A stretch of 63,995 nucleotides of DNA, filler included, from Circinaria calcarea (lineage: Eukaryota), in the NCBI GenBank assembly GCA_051942165.1. It is 4 parts of 4 records of this genome, joined end to end, with 100 filler letters (N's around TTAATTAATTAA, not from the genome) between each part and the next. Parts side by side here need not be neighbours in the genome. Positions count along the whole stretch, not along the records: positions 33,534 to 50,180 come from JAVECS010000309.1; 3 more parts are not named here. The stretch is one strand, 5' to 3'. Of this stretch, positions 36,616 through 50,280 are shown piece after piece. The position numbers and the translations under genes are program-made. A model generated the notes under the pieces. It worked only from the letters and a program-made list of their open reading frames with translations, searched no databases and had not been told where the DNA came from. Each line of letters starts with the position of its first letter. The first letter of the stretch is position 1.

Positions 36616-38155
36616 TCAAGTCTCAGGTTTAGCATACCTAGGCAGCTCGTTGGCAAGAGTGTTAAGCCAGTAATTGGCAATACGTCTTTGTTCAATAGTG
36701 TACTGGATCGGCAAGGTTTGATACTCGGTTGGTAAGCCTAGAATTTCACCCAAAAGCAGGGTAACAGTTGTTTCCCCCCTCTCCCAATCAACGCCGTATT
36801 CCAGTGACAGAATTTGTTCTTCTCTGAGAACGAAGACCACTTCCTCAGCACTTCCTTGGTTGGTGACGAGAAAGTACAGACCAAACGGTTCAGTGATGAG
36901 ACATAGCCCCGAGGCAAGTCCACTGTTGGTATCGTTCAATACTGCAATTCGCCGCTCCTCGTAATTTGGTATAATCCCTTTGCTGGAAGCCTCCAAGGTC
37001 CAAGATTGAGTAGGCTGTTGGCCCGAGAGCAGCTGCGTAACGTAGTCATACATGGCTATCATGACAAACGAGTGTTCCAAGATGGAAGGGGATCTCGACG
37101 TGATTGCCGTGGAGAGTTTGTTGAATTGTGCAGCGACATCGAATTTCTCGATGCTTTCTGGCCAGACGTGGAGAGTTTCGTGCATGTATGCACACATTTG
37201 CAGAGCGAGGTAGATCTCAATCACTATAGCCAACGATTAGTCACAATCCCCTTGATAAGTCAAGACACAACTCACCATCTGATTTCAAGAGATCCTCTTC
37301 TATCTTGTAGTCAGGTTGGCCTGCCTTTGCCGAGATGCGTCTTACTATCTCCTGCAACGCACCGAATACCCACGGCAGCCTTCGTAGCCTGGATTCGGAT
37401 TGCGGCCCATGAACCAAAACGTCCGTCCAACGGGCGTTAACCAAATCCCCTGAGACGGCTAGGAACCAGAAAATCCCTGCTTCCCAGGTAGTGACCTCTG
37501 TAGACTCTCTGCGCAACAACGGGAACTGGATGATCGGAATCGTAAATTGCGTATCACGCATATCGTTGGCATCCAGCTTTGAGCTAGACTGCATAATGTT
37601 GGAGAATTTCTGGACAAAGTGATCGTTCACCATATTTTCGATTTTGTCCTGCTCGATTGAGGTGCCGAATTGAAGCAAAGACTTTACGATGCCAAGAATC
37701 ATTTCCTGTCGTTTCTTTTTTTCCCTCGCGGTCTTGTCCTTGGTCGCTTTGAGCTGTGCCAAGTCTTGCTTTGCCTTTTCAAGTTCGGTGTTCTTTGCAT
37801 CCAGTTCTTTTTTATGCTTTTCCTCCATTAGATTAATAGCTTTCGTATGTATTTCCTCCATCTCCCTTTCCTTCGCCTCCTCGGCTAGCTGGATTTCCCG
37901 GGCATGCTCACGGGCCAGCTCCTCCCTTAACGCTTGCAAAGCCCCAGCGTGATCTCGATCTCTCGTATCAACCGTATCTCTCAAGATACTATCATCATCC
38001 GACTTTTGCTTCTCCATTGGCAATCTCGATTCTTCACGTATACGTTGGATTGCAGTGGCGTGCTCAGTCTTCAGCGACATAACCTCGTCAAACTGCTGCT
38101 GTTTCGCTTTTGTAGACTTATTCAAAGCTTTCAAGGCGAGAAGTCGCGCTATTTG
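36616..38155 (-). CDS. Hypothetical protein with N-terminal coiled coil (at least two exons; true start not located)
   Basis: Long ORFs 37241-38134 and 36616-37233 joinable by an intron (GTGAGT ~37276...CTAAT...TAG); E/K-rich heptad region. Confidence 0.55.
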
Positions 38156-38960
38156 CTGAAATGTGGGAAGTCATAGGGCTTGCTGGATCACGTGTTACCT
38201 TCGCGTAATGCGTGGTCCATGCTCTACACTCTCCACACCTCATAAAAGCACTTTTCGTAGATAGTTTGCTTAGTTACACACTTAGATAGCAATGCCACCA
38301 TAGATATTGCTGCTCAATATTTACATTACCGAATTTATATGCTACTATTTACATTTTACTATATATACTAACTTAATGCCCCCATATAATAGAGAGGTCT
38401 CATGCAATCCAATTACTGTTGCCTGTATGTTATATCTATTCGATCAGGAGCTTCCTCTACATCACTCTCGCCCTTGGCACCGCTAGTCTCAATGCATCGA
38501 CTCGTCCTGCGAGCCATTCTCCGAAACATATTCTGAGCAATCCGAGTTGGTATCGATATCCTCATCACTTTCACCTTTCTAGTTTACTCCTGCTTAACGA
38601 AGGCAGGGGCATGCAGAGTGTGAAGGTTGCTTGCATTTCTATGTGTGCGCTACTCGCCTTTTATCGTATGGAAAGCAACACGCCGCTAAGCCTAATCGGG
38701 CCTACAGGGTGACTTCCAATACCCCCTTTCCTCGTCGCTCTGAAAATGGAATCACAGACGAAGTTCTTCCCTTAGTGACAGGCTCCGCGTGTCCAAGTTA
38801 TGTTTTATCTTCATACCAGTGGTCTTTCCTAACCTGGTGGTCGTGCGTGATTTGGACGCGGCCCTACCCTTATGGACCAAAAGCAGGTACAAGCAAAAGT
38901 ACACAGTCCCGTTAATGCCAAGGCTTCCAATAGTGCAGCCGGTGCAGTGCGGCTACACTA

Positions 38961-39714
38961 TTGGAAGCCTTGCTCGGTCTTAATGACATAAATGATAAGG
39001 TTGGCAAATTCTTTGCTGATGCTGCTAACCAGGGCGTGCAGGGTAAGGACAGCAGATCTACATTCCGTACATACAACCCAGGTTCCCGCTACGAGGTCAT
39101 TCTCTCAATGGACTTGCCGTCAGGCTTGAATGTCAAGGACAACATGGAAGCCAACTGCAACAAATACATGATAGGCATTGTAAATGGTAATTATCTGCTT
39201 CTAATCTATTAATTCTGGGTTACTGATGTGATCTTCAGATTGCGACGGTAACGACCCTAAGAACCCGTTGAAGTGGAAGCACGGCGGGTACCACCAAGTG
39301 GGTGAAATCAAGTATAACATCATCCCGACGATACTTCAAGGCTACACGCCAGGTATCTGCTCCTTTCACCTTCAAGAAGACGAGTCGTTTTCTGGGTTCG
39401 AAGGGCCAGGCACAGAGCGCACTTGGTCTTACCAGATTGAGAAAGTCACGTTGAAGGACGGCGCCGGAGCAGTAATCAGCACTCTGGGCTTCGCGAGTAA
39501 TGGCAAGGACGGCGCTCCAGTCAGCGCAGGCGACAGAAATCGGCTCACATGGAACTCCACGCTGCCCAGTGGCCTCATAATCATTCCCGAAGCTCAAGGT
39601 GACCCTAAAGATTACATCCAGTTTTATATTGGCGCGCAGAGCTGGACAAAGTCGACAGATAAGGGTATTCCTTATTGTCAGACTGGCGGCTGGAGGTGTG
39701 GAGAAAAAAAGTAG
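38961..39714 (+). pseudogene. Orphan C-terminal module of a secreted fungal protein (CDGNDPxNP..WKHGG / YTPGxC...DYIQF...QSW...C.TGGW)
   Basis: Two exons (intron ~39188-39238) resembling C-terminal domains appended to secreted hydrolases. No intact N-terminus or signal peptide was found, and the C-terminus appears cut short. Confidence 0.5.
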
Positions 39715-39791
39715 GAACCGCTAAAATATAAAGCGAAATGCGGCCCCAGTTAGCAATATTTCCCCGCCACTTTTGGCCAACATCGAAAAGC

Positions 39792-41673
39792 CTATAATGT
39801 ATTATTTGAAACCCTAGAGCCTATATTTAATAAAGGCACCGCAGAATCACGGCTTGAGTTTATATTGCTTTTTCTTCCATACCTTGTCAGTCCAGTAAGT
39901 AATAACACAGGCTGCTCTTTTAATAACATGACTCTTAGCATTCCCATCTTGCGATTCGCTGCATCCCCATCCCAGTGCTTTGCAATTAATTCAAAGTCGC
40001 CAGTTGTGCTAGCGACACCCAAAATAGCACTTTTTAGATCAAGCGAGTTAAATAATGGTGACATCTTCCAGAATTGAGTCCGTAGCGCATCTGCAATAAT
40101 AAGCATGAAAATCGCCACACTAATAGCGAAAATGGAGTACGTGTATTTCGCCTCGCCGATCTGCATAACTTGAATTACTATATTTGCAGGGACGAGTTGT
40201 GGATCACCTGCAAGCTTGATCTGCGCGGCGCCAGTGGAGCCGAGGACATGATCGAGAAGGACTTCAAGACCTTCTGCCACTCCAATGAGGTAATCATCCG
40301 TTGTAGCGTTGGTATGATTGTTGCGCATAGAGATGTTATTGATGTTTACTTTAAATGCCTTGGCTAAGGTGTTGACGTACATCGTGGTAAGTGTTTGTGC
40401 AAGATAGCTGGGTCCGTAGAACGCCGTCTGGATAACGGACTCATCGAGAGAGACATGGTCCATTGTCGAGGTTGTGTCATTGATTATTCCGACTGCTTCA
40501 GCTGTGATGATTTGTGATTTTGCATCGACCTCGATTGAGAACAGCATGGGTGAGAATTTGACCTCACACTGGATGTGGTTCAGATCCTCACTCCAGTAGC
40601 CGACGGCAAAGCCATACATGTAGTGGGATGAATTGGCAACGGCAGCAATTGCTGTCACAGTGCCGTTGTGTAGGACCGCCCACGTCGGATAGCCATCCCA
40701 AGTCCCTGTAGGAAGAGCGCCGTTCGCCCAAAAGACAGTTGGGTGGTAGATTCCATCAGGAGTTTCGAAGTATCCAATTTGTTCAAGTGAGAGGTCACTT
40801 GTGTTGTTGTAAATGCAAGTGACCGAGGAATGGTAGCCAGGCTCTTTGTATCCAAAGGTTTGTAAAGAACCGGAACTGATTGCTCCTTTAAGGCTGGGAT
40901 CTGGCACCAGACCCACTGTAGAGGCAACACCGTAAGAGCGGCCACGAAATTTGTATCCGCTGTTGTCGAGTTTGTTGAGCTGTGGATATGAAGAGTTGGT
41001 GCTAGACGCCCCCCGTATGGAGTTCAAGAGCAAACCGGTTTTCTCTGTAAAAAGGTGATTAGACCAGTGTTGCAATGCATGTTGGGAGTATTATACCTTT
41101 CCATGCAATGTAGGTGAAAGTGCCCAGCTGAGAAGAGTTCCCAACATGGCTGTCATAAACGGTTGCAGGTGCACAAACATATCCCCAAAGATCTCGACTT
41201 GATTTGCTGTACTGTGGGATTATATATTGTGTAGTAGTGTTCTTGTTAATCAAGATAGGGGTAAACGCACCAGCCTATAAGGCTGACGGAATCTGAGTTA
41301 TTGTTAAGTAAATAAGTAGAACTGTTAGAGCCTGGGTAGGCACATCTAGATCCAATCTGCATGACGTGATCGCGTCCAGCACCTTTAATGTATCCAGTGT
41401 AATTGGGGTTGTTGACAGATATGTGTTGGTCCAGAAACGGATACTTGTGCTAAGTGCGTAGATCTGACATGCACCCATCAACATAGAAAGGACTTGAACC
41501 CCAATCTGAATTGGTGCTCGGTTACTTAAAACCCATGTCTTGAGACCGTTGGCAACATAGGTGTTTGACAGAGTTAATCCAAGGAGTGTTGCGCTGATGA
41601 TCGTTGGTATAACCAAGGACGAGAGAAGATAAGCCTTGCTGCGAAAGCTCTTTTGGGATGCCGTCGAAACCAT
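39792..41673 (-). pseudogene. Multi-TM glycoprotein of unknown function with one in-frame TAG
   Basis: N-terminal TM helices, then PSAL*AGAFTP (TAG 41275-41277 where W is expected). The frame continues through an intron (~41093-41047) into a long ORF with GYKFRGRSYGVAS and a C-terminal TM helix. Confidence 0.6.
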
Positions 41674-42330
41674 CTCTGTTGTTGAGATCGCACTCGATAG
41701 ATAGGATGCTTTCGTTATCCGCTTGTTTCCCAGGGTTGATGATCAAATTCTCATCGGCTTCAAATAATCAGATAATCAATGCCAACTCTCTATTTTCTTC
41801 GTGGTAAACATATTGAGCAGGCTGAGTAAATCATGCCATCTTTAGATGTTTTCTTGGTCCCCAGGATAGGTTTTGCGTTAATTGGTACTAATAATTCTTC
41901 GAGAAATAAATAACACGCTGCAGGCATCGTGGGCAATGCTATCAGAAGGGTCGTTAAGGGGTGCTGTCTGCATAATACATGCATCCGAGGCGGCGCGTAA
42001 AGTCACCGCCGACCTGTTATTAGGCGACACTACAGGCGAGTTGGCCATATTTCTTACATGCACACGCGGCCTCGATGGGGTACTTTATGCACCTCAAAAC
42101 ACCTTAGCGCAATCCGAAATATATTCCCGAGCGGCTAATTACTTGCGCGGCCGTAATGGCCTCCTGCCTCCTACCGTCCATGTTATGATATGAGTTCTAA
42201 AGCACTTTATTCCACCACATTCCACCATATTAGTTTCGACAGACTGTAACTGCGAGACGTCCTCACATTATATCTCGCATCTCTGCCTTACTTGGCAACT
42301 CCCTTCTTTTTTTAACCAGCGTAATATACG

Positions 42331-43011
42331 ATGCATTCTTTCACCATTCTCCTCTCCATTGCCTCCCTTATTCTCCCTCAAGCATTCTCCGGAGCAGGGC
42401 CGTTATCGAAAATACCCACTCAACAAGCCCCAACAATGTATCCATTATCGACCTCCAATCCCTTCAAAGTCCCAGGCGAATCCCCAGCGTACTACTGCTC
42501 TGACCCATCCGATGATATCTTCCAGATCTGGAATTTTGACTTCATACCGACCAATGCACGGATGCATATCTTTCACACTCACGTTCCCAACCAACAGCTT
42601 CACTAACACCCAACTTTTTCCAGCGGCTACTACCTCAGAACCCGGTTCACCGGCATCTTCACCTCCACCACTGGCGATGTTCCATGGCTTAACATTACCG
42701 GGAGCATCAACGGGCGCCGCAAGCTAGGGCCTTTATATGATTCGTCACTGTGTGACATCGACGTGATTCGAAAAATTTCAGTGCCGAGACCTAGAGACGG
42801 TCACGAGCACAACGATCATGATGAACAGCCAGGCATGCACCGCGCCTGTCCGTCTAGCATACAAAAGGGCTACGCGCAGGTGCTTTCGCCGCCAATGCCG
42901 CTGTCGCCGCAGGAGGTGCCTGAGGGCAGGTATGAACTCAGAGCGGAGGCGAGAACGCAAGATGGGAGGAGAATATTCTGCATTGAAGGAAGCTTCGACG
43001 TTACGACTTGA
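42331..43011 (+). CDS. Secreted ML-domain (NPC2/PG-PI transfer protein-like) lipid-binding protein
   Basis: Signal peptide, KVPGESPAYYC, ..CP.., VPEGRYELRAEARTQDGRRIFCIEG; exons join in frame through a GC-AG intron 42564-42623. Confidence 0.75.
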
Positions 43012-43281
43012 AACCAGGCTTTAGGTGTTACATGTCATCATAATCCCATGTCATTCTAGACGTTCCTAATAAGATATACCCATACCCGCATTATCTTCAA
43101 ACGTTGCATATTTGTAATGCAGTTTAGATATACTCGTTGCAGCCAAAGACTTATGAATCCAGACTTAATTATCTAACTAACATCTCGCCCTAAAGACCAC
43201 TATCTATATGTACTAAGTAGCGCCCAGAAAAGAAAACCAAATTCATCGCAAAAGAAGTCAACTCGAGGCTCATGACCTTTT

Positions 43282-45382
43282 TTACCAAGAAACGGGATGA
43301 CTTAGTACTCTCACAGCTTGTTTGTCCTGATAAAGGTACAAATCAATAATCGGTGAGATCCGTGGGCTTGGTAAGCTCGGGGTTGGCGGGAGGGGCCGGT
43401 CCAGTGCCAGTAGTTTGTGCGGAGCTGATGGATAAGTCACTTTTACGCCGCATATTGAGCTCTCAGCGGACAGGTGAATGGCGAACCTTTTATTTCGGTT
43501 GGGGCTTATGAACGTGGAGGCCCCGTCCATATCCAAACGAGCCATTGGCTCGCCTGTCATGGATTGATCTGACCGCGGCAGTTGCGTAACTTCTTGAACT
43601 GATACGGAAGTAGATCTTTCAGCTCGCAGCTCTGCTATTCCGCTGTCATCCATTTCCCGATACCCGAAAAACAGGCTGTTGTTATCGATTTCCTGTACTT
43701 GGGAGATTTCCGGTGGCTCTATCTCTTCTGGGGGCCTCGAAGGGGTAGCGGCAGCGCCCTTTCGTCGTTCAACTTGTGCGGATCGCCGTTTTTTCCTGAG
43801 AAAAACCAGAAGTAGAACGCCGAGCGTCAGAAACCCGGCAATTCCCAAGGCTATACCAATAATACGGCTCTTATTGACTTGCGGAGCTGCTGGAGGACTT
43901 TTTAAAATAGCTGGAGGACTTGTTGAAATAGCTGGAGGATTTGTTGAAATAGATGGAGGATTTGTTGAATTGGCTGGAGGATTCGTTGAAATAGATGGAG
44001 GGTTTGTTGAAATGGATGGAGGAATGGCTATGATGTCATTCTCAAGACCGTCTATGTATTTGCATTGAGAGACGGAAAAATTGGAGTGTTCGTAGTTGGT
44101 GATAAGGTATCTAGAAGAAATTTAGTGTCCTATATGGCGAAGATAGTTTATTATAGGATGCTTACGCTTCCTGTAAAAAGGTTCGACCAAGAGTGTATTG
44201 GGATTCACCTTTTGCTTGTTGCAAAGGGAAGTAGCGCATGGTTCTCTTTACAAATGGAGGGTTTGCCATCAGATTGAAAGCTGCATAGGGTAAGACAATA
44301 TCCACAGTAGGCCCACCGGACAGAAGATCTCCAATTTGGAACGTAAAATTATATCCATTCGCGGTTAAGTTATTGTGCAAATCATCGCTTATCAAGTACA
44401 ATCTAGTCAAGTTGTCCCAGGCTAATCCAAGTTCCTTTTCGAATTCTTGACAAGCTTTCAAGGGCAGATAAATCCACGGTATGGTTGAATCGATAAACGT
44501 AAATATCGGCGATGGAAGGAGCGGAACAGTTGATCCAGCAGAGCTTGTCAACGAAATTGATTGGAGGCCGACGACAAGGTCACGGGAGATATCGGGGGCA
44601 AGGAAAAAAGGAACGTTGTTAGGCACAAAGCGTGAAAGATCATAGCCTCCAAACGTTAAGCTTCCAAAAACACCTTTAAGCTCTGTGACGAATTAGAAAC
44701 TATATTTGCACTCTATGATAACAACACTTAGATCTGTTTCGGGCCTCTCGGCAGCTTCACCATGTTCCGCAGTATCTAAGACGAAAAGTTTCACTTACGA
44801 TAGTGTGCGCCCGCGGTGTAACTCCAGGATAGACTCGGGATCATATTCCTTGTTTTCAAAGTTGCCAGAAAGCTCGGCTGGGAGTTGTCATAAGTGGACA
44901 GATTGGTCGGCTGCTGACCCAAGCCAAACATGCCCACGTAATAGTACTCGTCAGCAATACCAGCAATCACTTGAGATTCCAACGGGGCTGCACCGCTAAA
45001 GCCTAGCGCCACTTTATCGTGCCCATATAGCCCGCTCACATTGTAGTCAAGGTTGAGCTCGAGGCCTAGAAAGTAGTTGCCGGTGCTATTCCAAGACTCG
45101 GATTCAGTGTAATGGAAAAGGCCACCGCGAGATTGATCACAGTTCGAAACGGTGCTACCCTGACAACCAAAGGGGATGACGACCCATGTTGCCTGCCCAG
45201 CAGTCGAGATAAGGACACGGACAACCTGCTCCGGGGTTCCTACCCGCAAGGCGAAGGATGACCATAAACCATCATCACCGTCCCTAGGAAAGATATCAGC
45301 AGCTATAAGACTGTGGATTAGGTTGAGCATACCAATATTGCGAAGGAGACCAAGAAATAGGTGACGGTTGGAGAGTCATCAT
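43282..45382 (-). CDS. Pepsin-like (A1) aspartic-protease-fold membrane protein, first catalytic Asp absent
   Basis: W-DGDDGLWSSFALRVGTPEQVVRVLISTAG, PSLSWSYTAGA, SLTFGGYD, FIDST, YTLGRTFLQEA, S/T/P repeat stalk, TM helix followed by RKKRR; three introns; start uncertain. Confidence 0.8.
43888..44023. repeat. 21-bp coding minisatellite (~6.5 units) encoding PP(S/A)IST(N/S/K) on the minus strand
   Basis: Repeated G(C/A)TGGAGGA(C/T)TTGTTGAAATA units. Confidence 0.9.
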
Positions 45383-46864
45383 CACGAAAGGAAACCCCCT
45401 GAAGTTCTGTATCAACCAGATTCATCTAGACTGAAATCGCGGGAAAATCCAGTCTGGTCTTACACGCAGCTGAGTAGGTTCAACGAGTTGTAGAATTAAG
45501 ACGAGGAATAAGGACCAGGACAGCAAATCCAGCTAATGATTAAGGACTTCCTCTAAAAGGTAACACCTGCTCCCAGATGCTTTTTATAACCTTCCCTTAC
45601 CTTTTTGCCCGGACTTACCTAGCCGTCCTTGTGCATTTGATACTTCTCTTGCCCAATAATTTCTGGTCCACCTAAGTGCGCCAAGACATAGGAGGTTTAC
45701 CTACGCGCTGTAACTGAAAGAGAGTACATGCTTTAAAACGCTGCTTGCTTTGCCAGTCCTCAGCGTACCAGCGGGATGTTTTACCTGCTGGGTCGGAATT
45801 CCTTCACGGCGTATAGCTCTAACAGCACAGATTATGCTGTTATACGGCGTTCGTGGCGAAACCATCCTTTTCAATCTTACAAGAATAGACTCAAATTAGA
45901 TTGACATTCTACTTTTAGGATCTCTGTTAGCATGCGGAAATAAGGATATACACAAGAAGCCAAAGTCCTCTGCGCTCGGTAGTCGATCGTAAAGTCTGTT
46001 TAGTGCCAAGATCTGGAGATCTCTATTTTTAGCGCGAGGATCACCGCCTTGTACGGTACATATTTGCTGTCAGGATAGGAGGTGATGGTGGTGTCACTCT
46101 TCAAGGAAGCTACCTACAAGATTACAAATCCGGTCTCAAACCTGTACTCCAGTATAATTTAGCTGGATCAGATGTATGGACCGCATTCCCCCTTGCGGCG
46201 TATGGTGGTCTGGAGCACAAGTGGATGCACCACGGAAGCACATCCGCCTCAGGCATGTATGCATTTGTTGGTTTCATGGTCTGGCCAAGGGTCTACAACA
46301 TATCTCCTAACTGATATGCATAATTCAGGAGCATCTGAGATAAGTTCATCCTATTCATCTTACTCGTCTCAAATGTATGCAGGAGCTCTAGAAGATCGTT
46401 TTAGGGGTTATTTCCCGCTTCCTCTAGAGGATATCCTCATCTATTCCGTTCGTCTCGAGATATGTACGAGGAGGACGAAACCCATATATACTTACCCGTT
46501 CATTCGATGTTTCCGTCACCTCCCAGAGCATCTCAAGCTCAATCCCACCTTCGCTTCACAAGCTCACAGCTGGTATAATCTTAAGCTCTTCTTGACTGCG
46601 TTTCTACAATTCCAACCATGCCAGCTATGCGAAGAGTATTTGGACTTCTCAACTGCCTTATAATTCTTCTCTCGTCGTCTATTAATGGTATACTTCAAAG
46701 GGGTTTGGTGCAAACAAAGTTAAGGCTGACAATCTTAAGCTCAAGTTTACAATCGCCAATGGCCTGGTCGGAACATCACCGGTGCAGAATCTGCGACTGT
46801 CCTGTCTAACACAAATGAAGTCTGGCCCTCAAGCGATGCTTCAGCCGCCAGCTTTTCTACAGTT

Positions 46865-47550
46865 TTGTCCGGATCTCCAGTTGATCATACTCCATCATGT
46901 TTGCAATGCTCCCTTTACTACAAGTATGCCAATGTATACTATTGGCCAGAGAGTTCTTCGGATACTGCCTGCCTCAGCGCAGTAACAAGCGTCCCGAGTT
47001 TGCCGCTGCCATCTGGACTCTCTGATTTGTGCCGCTCTCTCAGCTCTTAGTGTGTAAGCAGTAGACTAACAAAGTTTCCAGCCAATCCCCGAGCGCATAT
47101 GTCATCTTTCCAGAAATTAGCGCCGGGAATGCTTGCACGCGTGTTGGAGAAATATATACCAATGTTACAATGTCTTTTGCGCCGGGAGAGCTGTCGACGA
47201 TAGAAGGTCTCAACGGGCCGACGAAGGCTTTTAACTTTGCAGATCTACCATGTCCACCGTCAGCAGTCGCGTCAGGCAATGCATATTTCTATAATCCTCA
47301 AATAAACCCCGGACAAGTCTATTCTCCATTGCTTGCGCCCCCTCCGGGAATCTTTACCCTGGACCCTGCCTTTAGTGGTTGTATTCCAGCAGAAAATCAA
47401 GGCTTCGACCCTCCATCACCTCTACCAACTGCCAATGGGATAAGCGGACCTGGCCATCATCCACCTGGACCTCCTGGACGGCAGAGAAAGGCGCGAGCGC
47501 ATGCCCCTAATGTGGCGTGGACTCCCTTGGAGACAAGTCCTCCGGCCTAG
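46865..47550 (+). CDS. Hypothetical Cys-containing cell-surface-type protein, 3' exons (5' structure unresolved, possibly degenerate)
   Basis: CLQCSLYYKYANVYYWP, intron, SPSAYVIFPEISAGNAC...SFAPGELST...AFNFADLPCPP...LDPAFSGC...GFDPP. Confidence 0.5.
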
Positions 47551-49355
47551 ATACTGGCCTTCCAATTAAGCAAAAACCATCGCTCTCTGACGACATGAAG
47601 GTCTATTTGATTAGGAGGGCAGTTGACTGGATTATTGTGCGATCGGAAATTGCACGAGGCAAGAGGGTAGCACGAGGTTGATATATTGGACTTCAGAGGC
47701 AACAGGGACATTAATACTATCAACATTGTTACTTAGTAAGCTCATCTTGGTCTTTGCTCTACCTTATCTTTTGCATTGGGCAGCATTCTCATCATAGTAT
47801 GCTATGTAGCTAGTCCATACTATCAGCAGCAGCCGAAGCCGAAGCCGTTTTATGTCTTGGTGTAAGAGTGATCCTTGACATGATCTAGGCCCATTTTATA
47901 CTCCTAGGACGCATCCATTATTGCCCTGACCGATTGGCCTTGACGCCCACAAGTTATGACATGATTCCACTTTCTACGCTGCTTTGAGGTTCCACACAGC
48001 ACCTGATGAGTGTATCATAAGCAAATGTAACGTAATATCCGGGGGTCAGGCAGTGACAGATATCGACACAATGGCAAGGCAACGCAAGCTTCAATGCCTT
48101 TGGATGAACCAAGAAGCCATACGCCCGACAGGCTACTTCCGCCTGCAGAAGAACCCTTATATCACTGTCGCCGTCGGCCGAAGCCGTCTCACAAGACTAT
48201 ACAATCCTGATCCAGTAGGATTCGATTCTATTACAAATGCAAACCGTCACCATGCCATGCCTCGAAAGCCTTGCTTACCTGGAGCCTCCCACGAGAACCT
48301 TCTAGCCTCGGCATCAATAAAGTGCTGGTCCATCAACCCTGTAAGATCAAGGCTACGAGCCAGCCAGCTTATGGCATATACGAGATAATATACACATTTT
48401 GTGCATAACTTCGGTTGGAGTCGGGAACACCCCGTTACTGGCTTCTTTTGGTCCTCATCTACCATAGGATATTCGACATGTAGTACGTAATCCCAAGCAA
48501 CGTTGATCATTGTTTGTGGGGAATGAATTTCTCATGTCGTCAGCCAGCTCAACTCCGAGCCCCCGGTGCCCGTGGTATGAATAGTGAGCTATGTCACTAG
48601 GTCTCGGGGTGGGACCCTGATGGTGGTGGGTGCCTATCTAAAGTCGGAGTACGCCTAACCGTCGTATGCTACTCTCAGCCCTATGCGACTAACATCAACT
48701 TCCCTTTCAGTTGCCAAGAAACCTTCACACTCAGCCTCACAGTCATAGCAGTACGATTGACACCACGGTTGACACCACGGATACTGCCGCTGTGCACTAG
48801 ACTTGTACCCGGTATATGTTGTAGACCCAAGGAACCAGAGCTTTCCCTTTGGCCGTTGGGCCGCCCGTTTACTCCTGGCTTAGGCTGGTGGCCGCCCACG
48901 CGTGCTAGACGCCCGACAGTGGTGCAGACTCTACCAGTCATCCCAGGTTGCGCACAAGGGATTCCCAAAGGTAAGCTGCATGCTGTTGTCGGGCATTCCT
49001 TCGGTTGTCAGCATATGCAAGTGTCGTCGCACAGCATTTCACCGATTGAGTCTTCCAAAACCTCTCCACGCCTAAATTGTCCACCTGTCAAAACAGCCTC
49101 GACGTTCATTTGCTGTACGGGCTTTCAACAATAGTGTTATTTCTCCCATACAGGTGAGTCGGCCTTGCAATCAACCGCGTGGCCGAACGTGTTCACTAAT
49201 ATTGAATTACCACCTAAGCTTACATTTCGTCAAATCCAATCCTTTTACCGAATTCCGTCGACAGCCATAGTCCGCTGCGTCATTTAGCAAAACGTCCGCG
49301 CCGTTTCCCATAATATCATCGGATAACCCGATTCTTCTAAAAAACCCCCTCGACA

Positions 49356-50180
49356 ATGGACCACCGCCTCAACCGACCATCCTCCCCGGGCAGCCGCCGC
49401 TCAACCCGACCGTTCAGGTCGTCAACAGGCACTCTGATATACCCGGCATCCTACGATCCATATCATGCTCCCTTGCGATCAAGTACAGAATTCATTCCTG
49501 GTCCGAGGACCAGCGTTGAACGAGTAGCTGGCCCGCGGATCATCAGGACCCACAAGGACGAACATGCGACTCTTAGACGAGCACACGATGACTACCACGT
49601 TCCACCCCGCCGTACAACACTAGAACCACCAGCACCTACGATACGGAAACCATTGACAGTCGTTGCAACCAGTTCACCGAATCGATACCGGCCAGTGATT
49701 TCCAGTGCTGTAGAGAAACCATCTACTACATCGACAAAGTTTATAGTCCGCGACGATGGACCGTACCTTATCCAACCAGCTTCTTCGTCCTCCAGACGAG
49801 ACCACCACCGCAATTACAGCGCCGACAGCAGAGATGTCGATCGATTGATGGCTACTGGTGGCAAGGACAGGGATGGAAGCGACCGAGGTGGTCATAGAAG
49901 TTCAGGTCTTGGGAGTGGACGACCCACGTATAACCCGGACAGACCATTGGTAAAAGTGCCACAAGCAAATGATCGCGATTACGGTTACGAGTATACCGAT
50001 CGAAGGGAGCAAATGTATCGCGACACAGCACCCAGGCCAAGACAGAGGAGAGAAAGTCTCTCTGGCAGACCTGAGAGGCCTATCAGCATGAGTGGGTTTG
50101 ATGAGTACCTTCCGAAAGTATCATCGTCAAATAGAAACGGGCCACCCGTCACTACTAGGGGGTTTGGCAAGATTGACAGA
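49356..50180 (+). CDS. Arg/Ser/Pro-rich hypothetical protein, 5' part (cut by contig end)
   Basis: Open from ATG 49356 to the linker; contains YEYTDRREQMYRDT and GPPVTTRGFGKI. Confidence 0.7.
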
Positions 50181-50280
50181 NNNNNNNNNNNNNNNNNNNN
50201 NNNNNNNNNNNNNNNNNNNNNNNNTTAATTAATTAANNNNNNNNNNNNNNNNNNNNNNNNNNNNNNNNNNNNNNNNNNNN
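50181..50280. other. Artificial contig linker
   Basis: 44N-TTAATTAATTAA-44N. Confidence 0.97.

Noticed and set aside
16674..50280. Regularly spaced (~16.7 kb) TTAATTAATTAA palindromes within N runs
   Set aside because: Artificial six-frame-stop linkers. The enclosed contigs are 16660 and 16647 bp, consistent with size-sorted concatenation, so neither the spacing nor cross-linker gene adjacency is biological.
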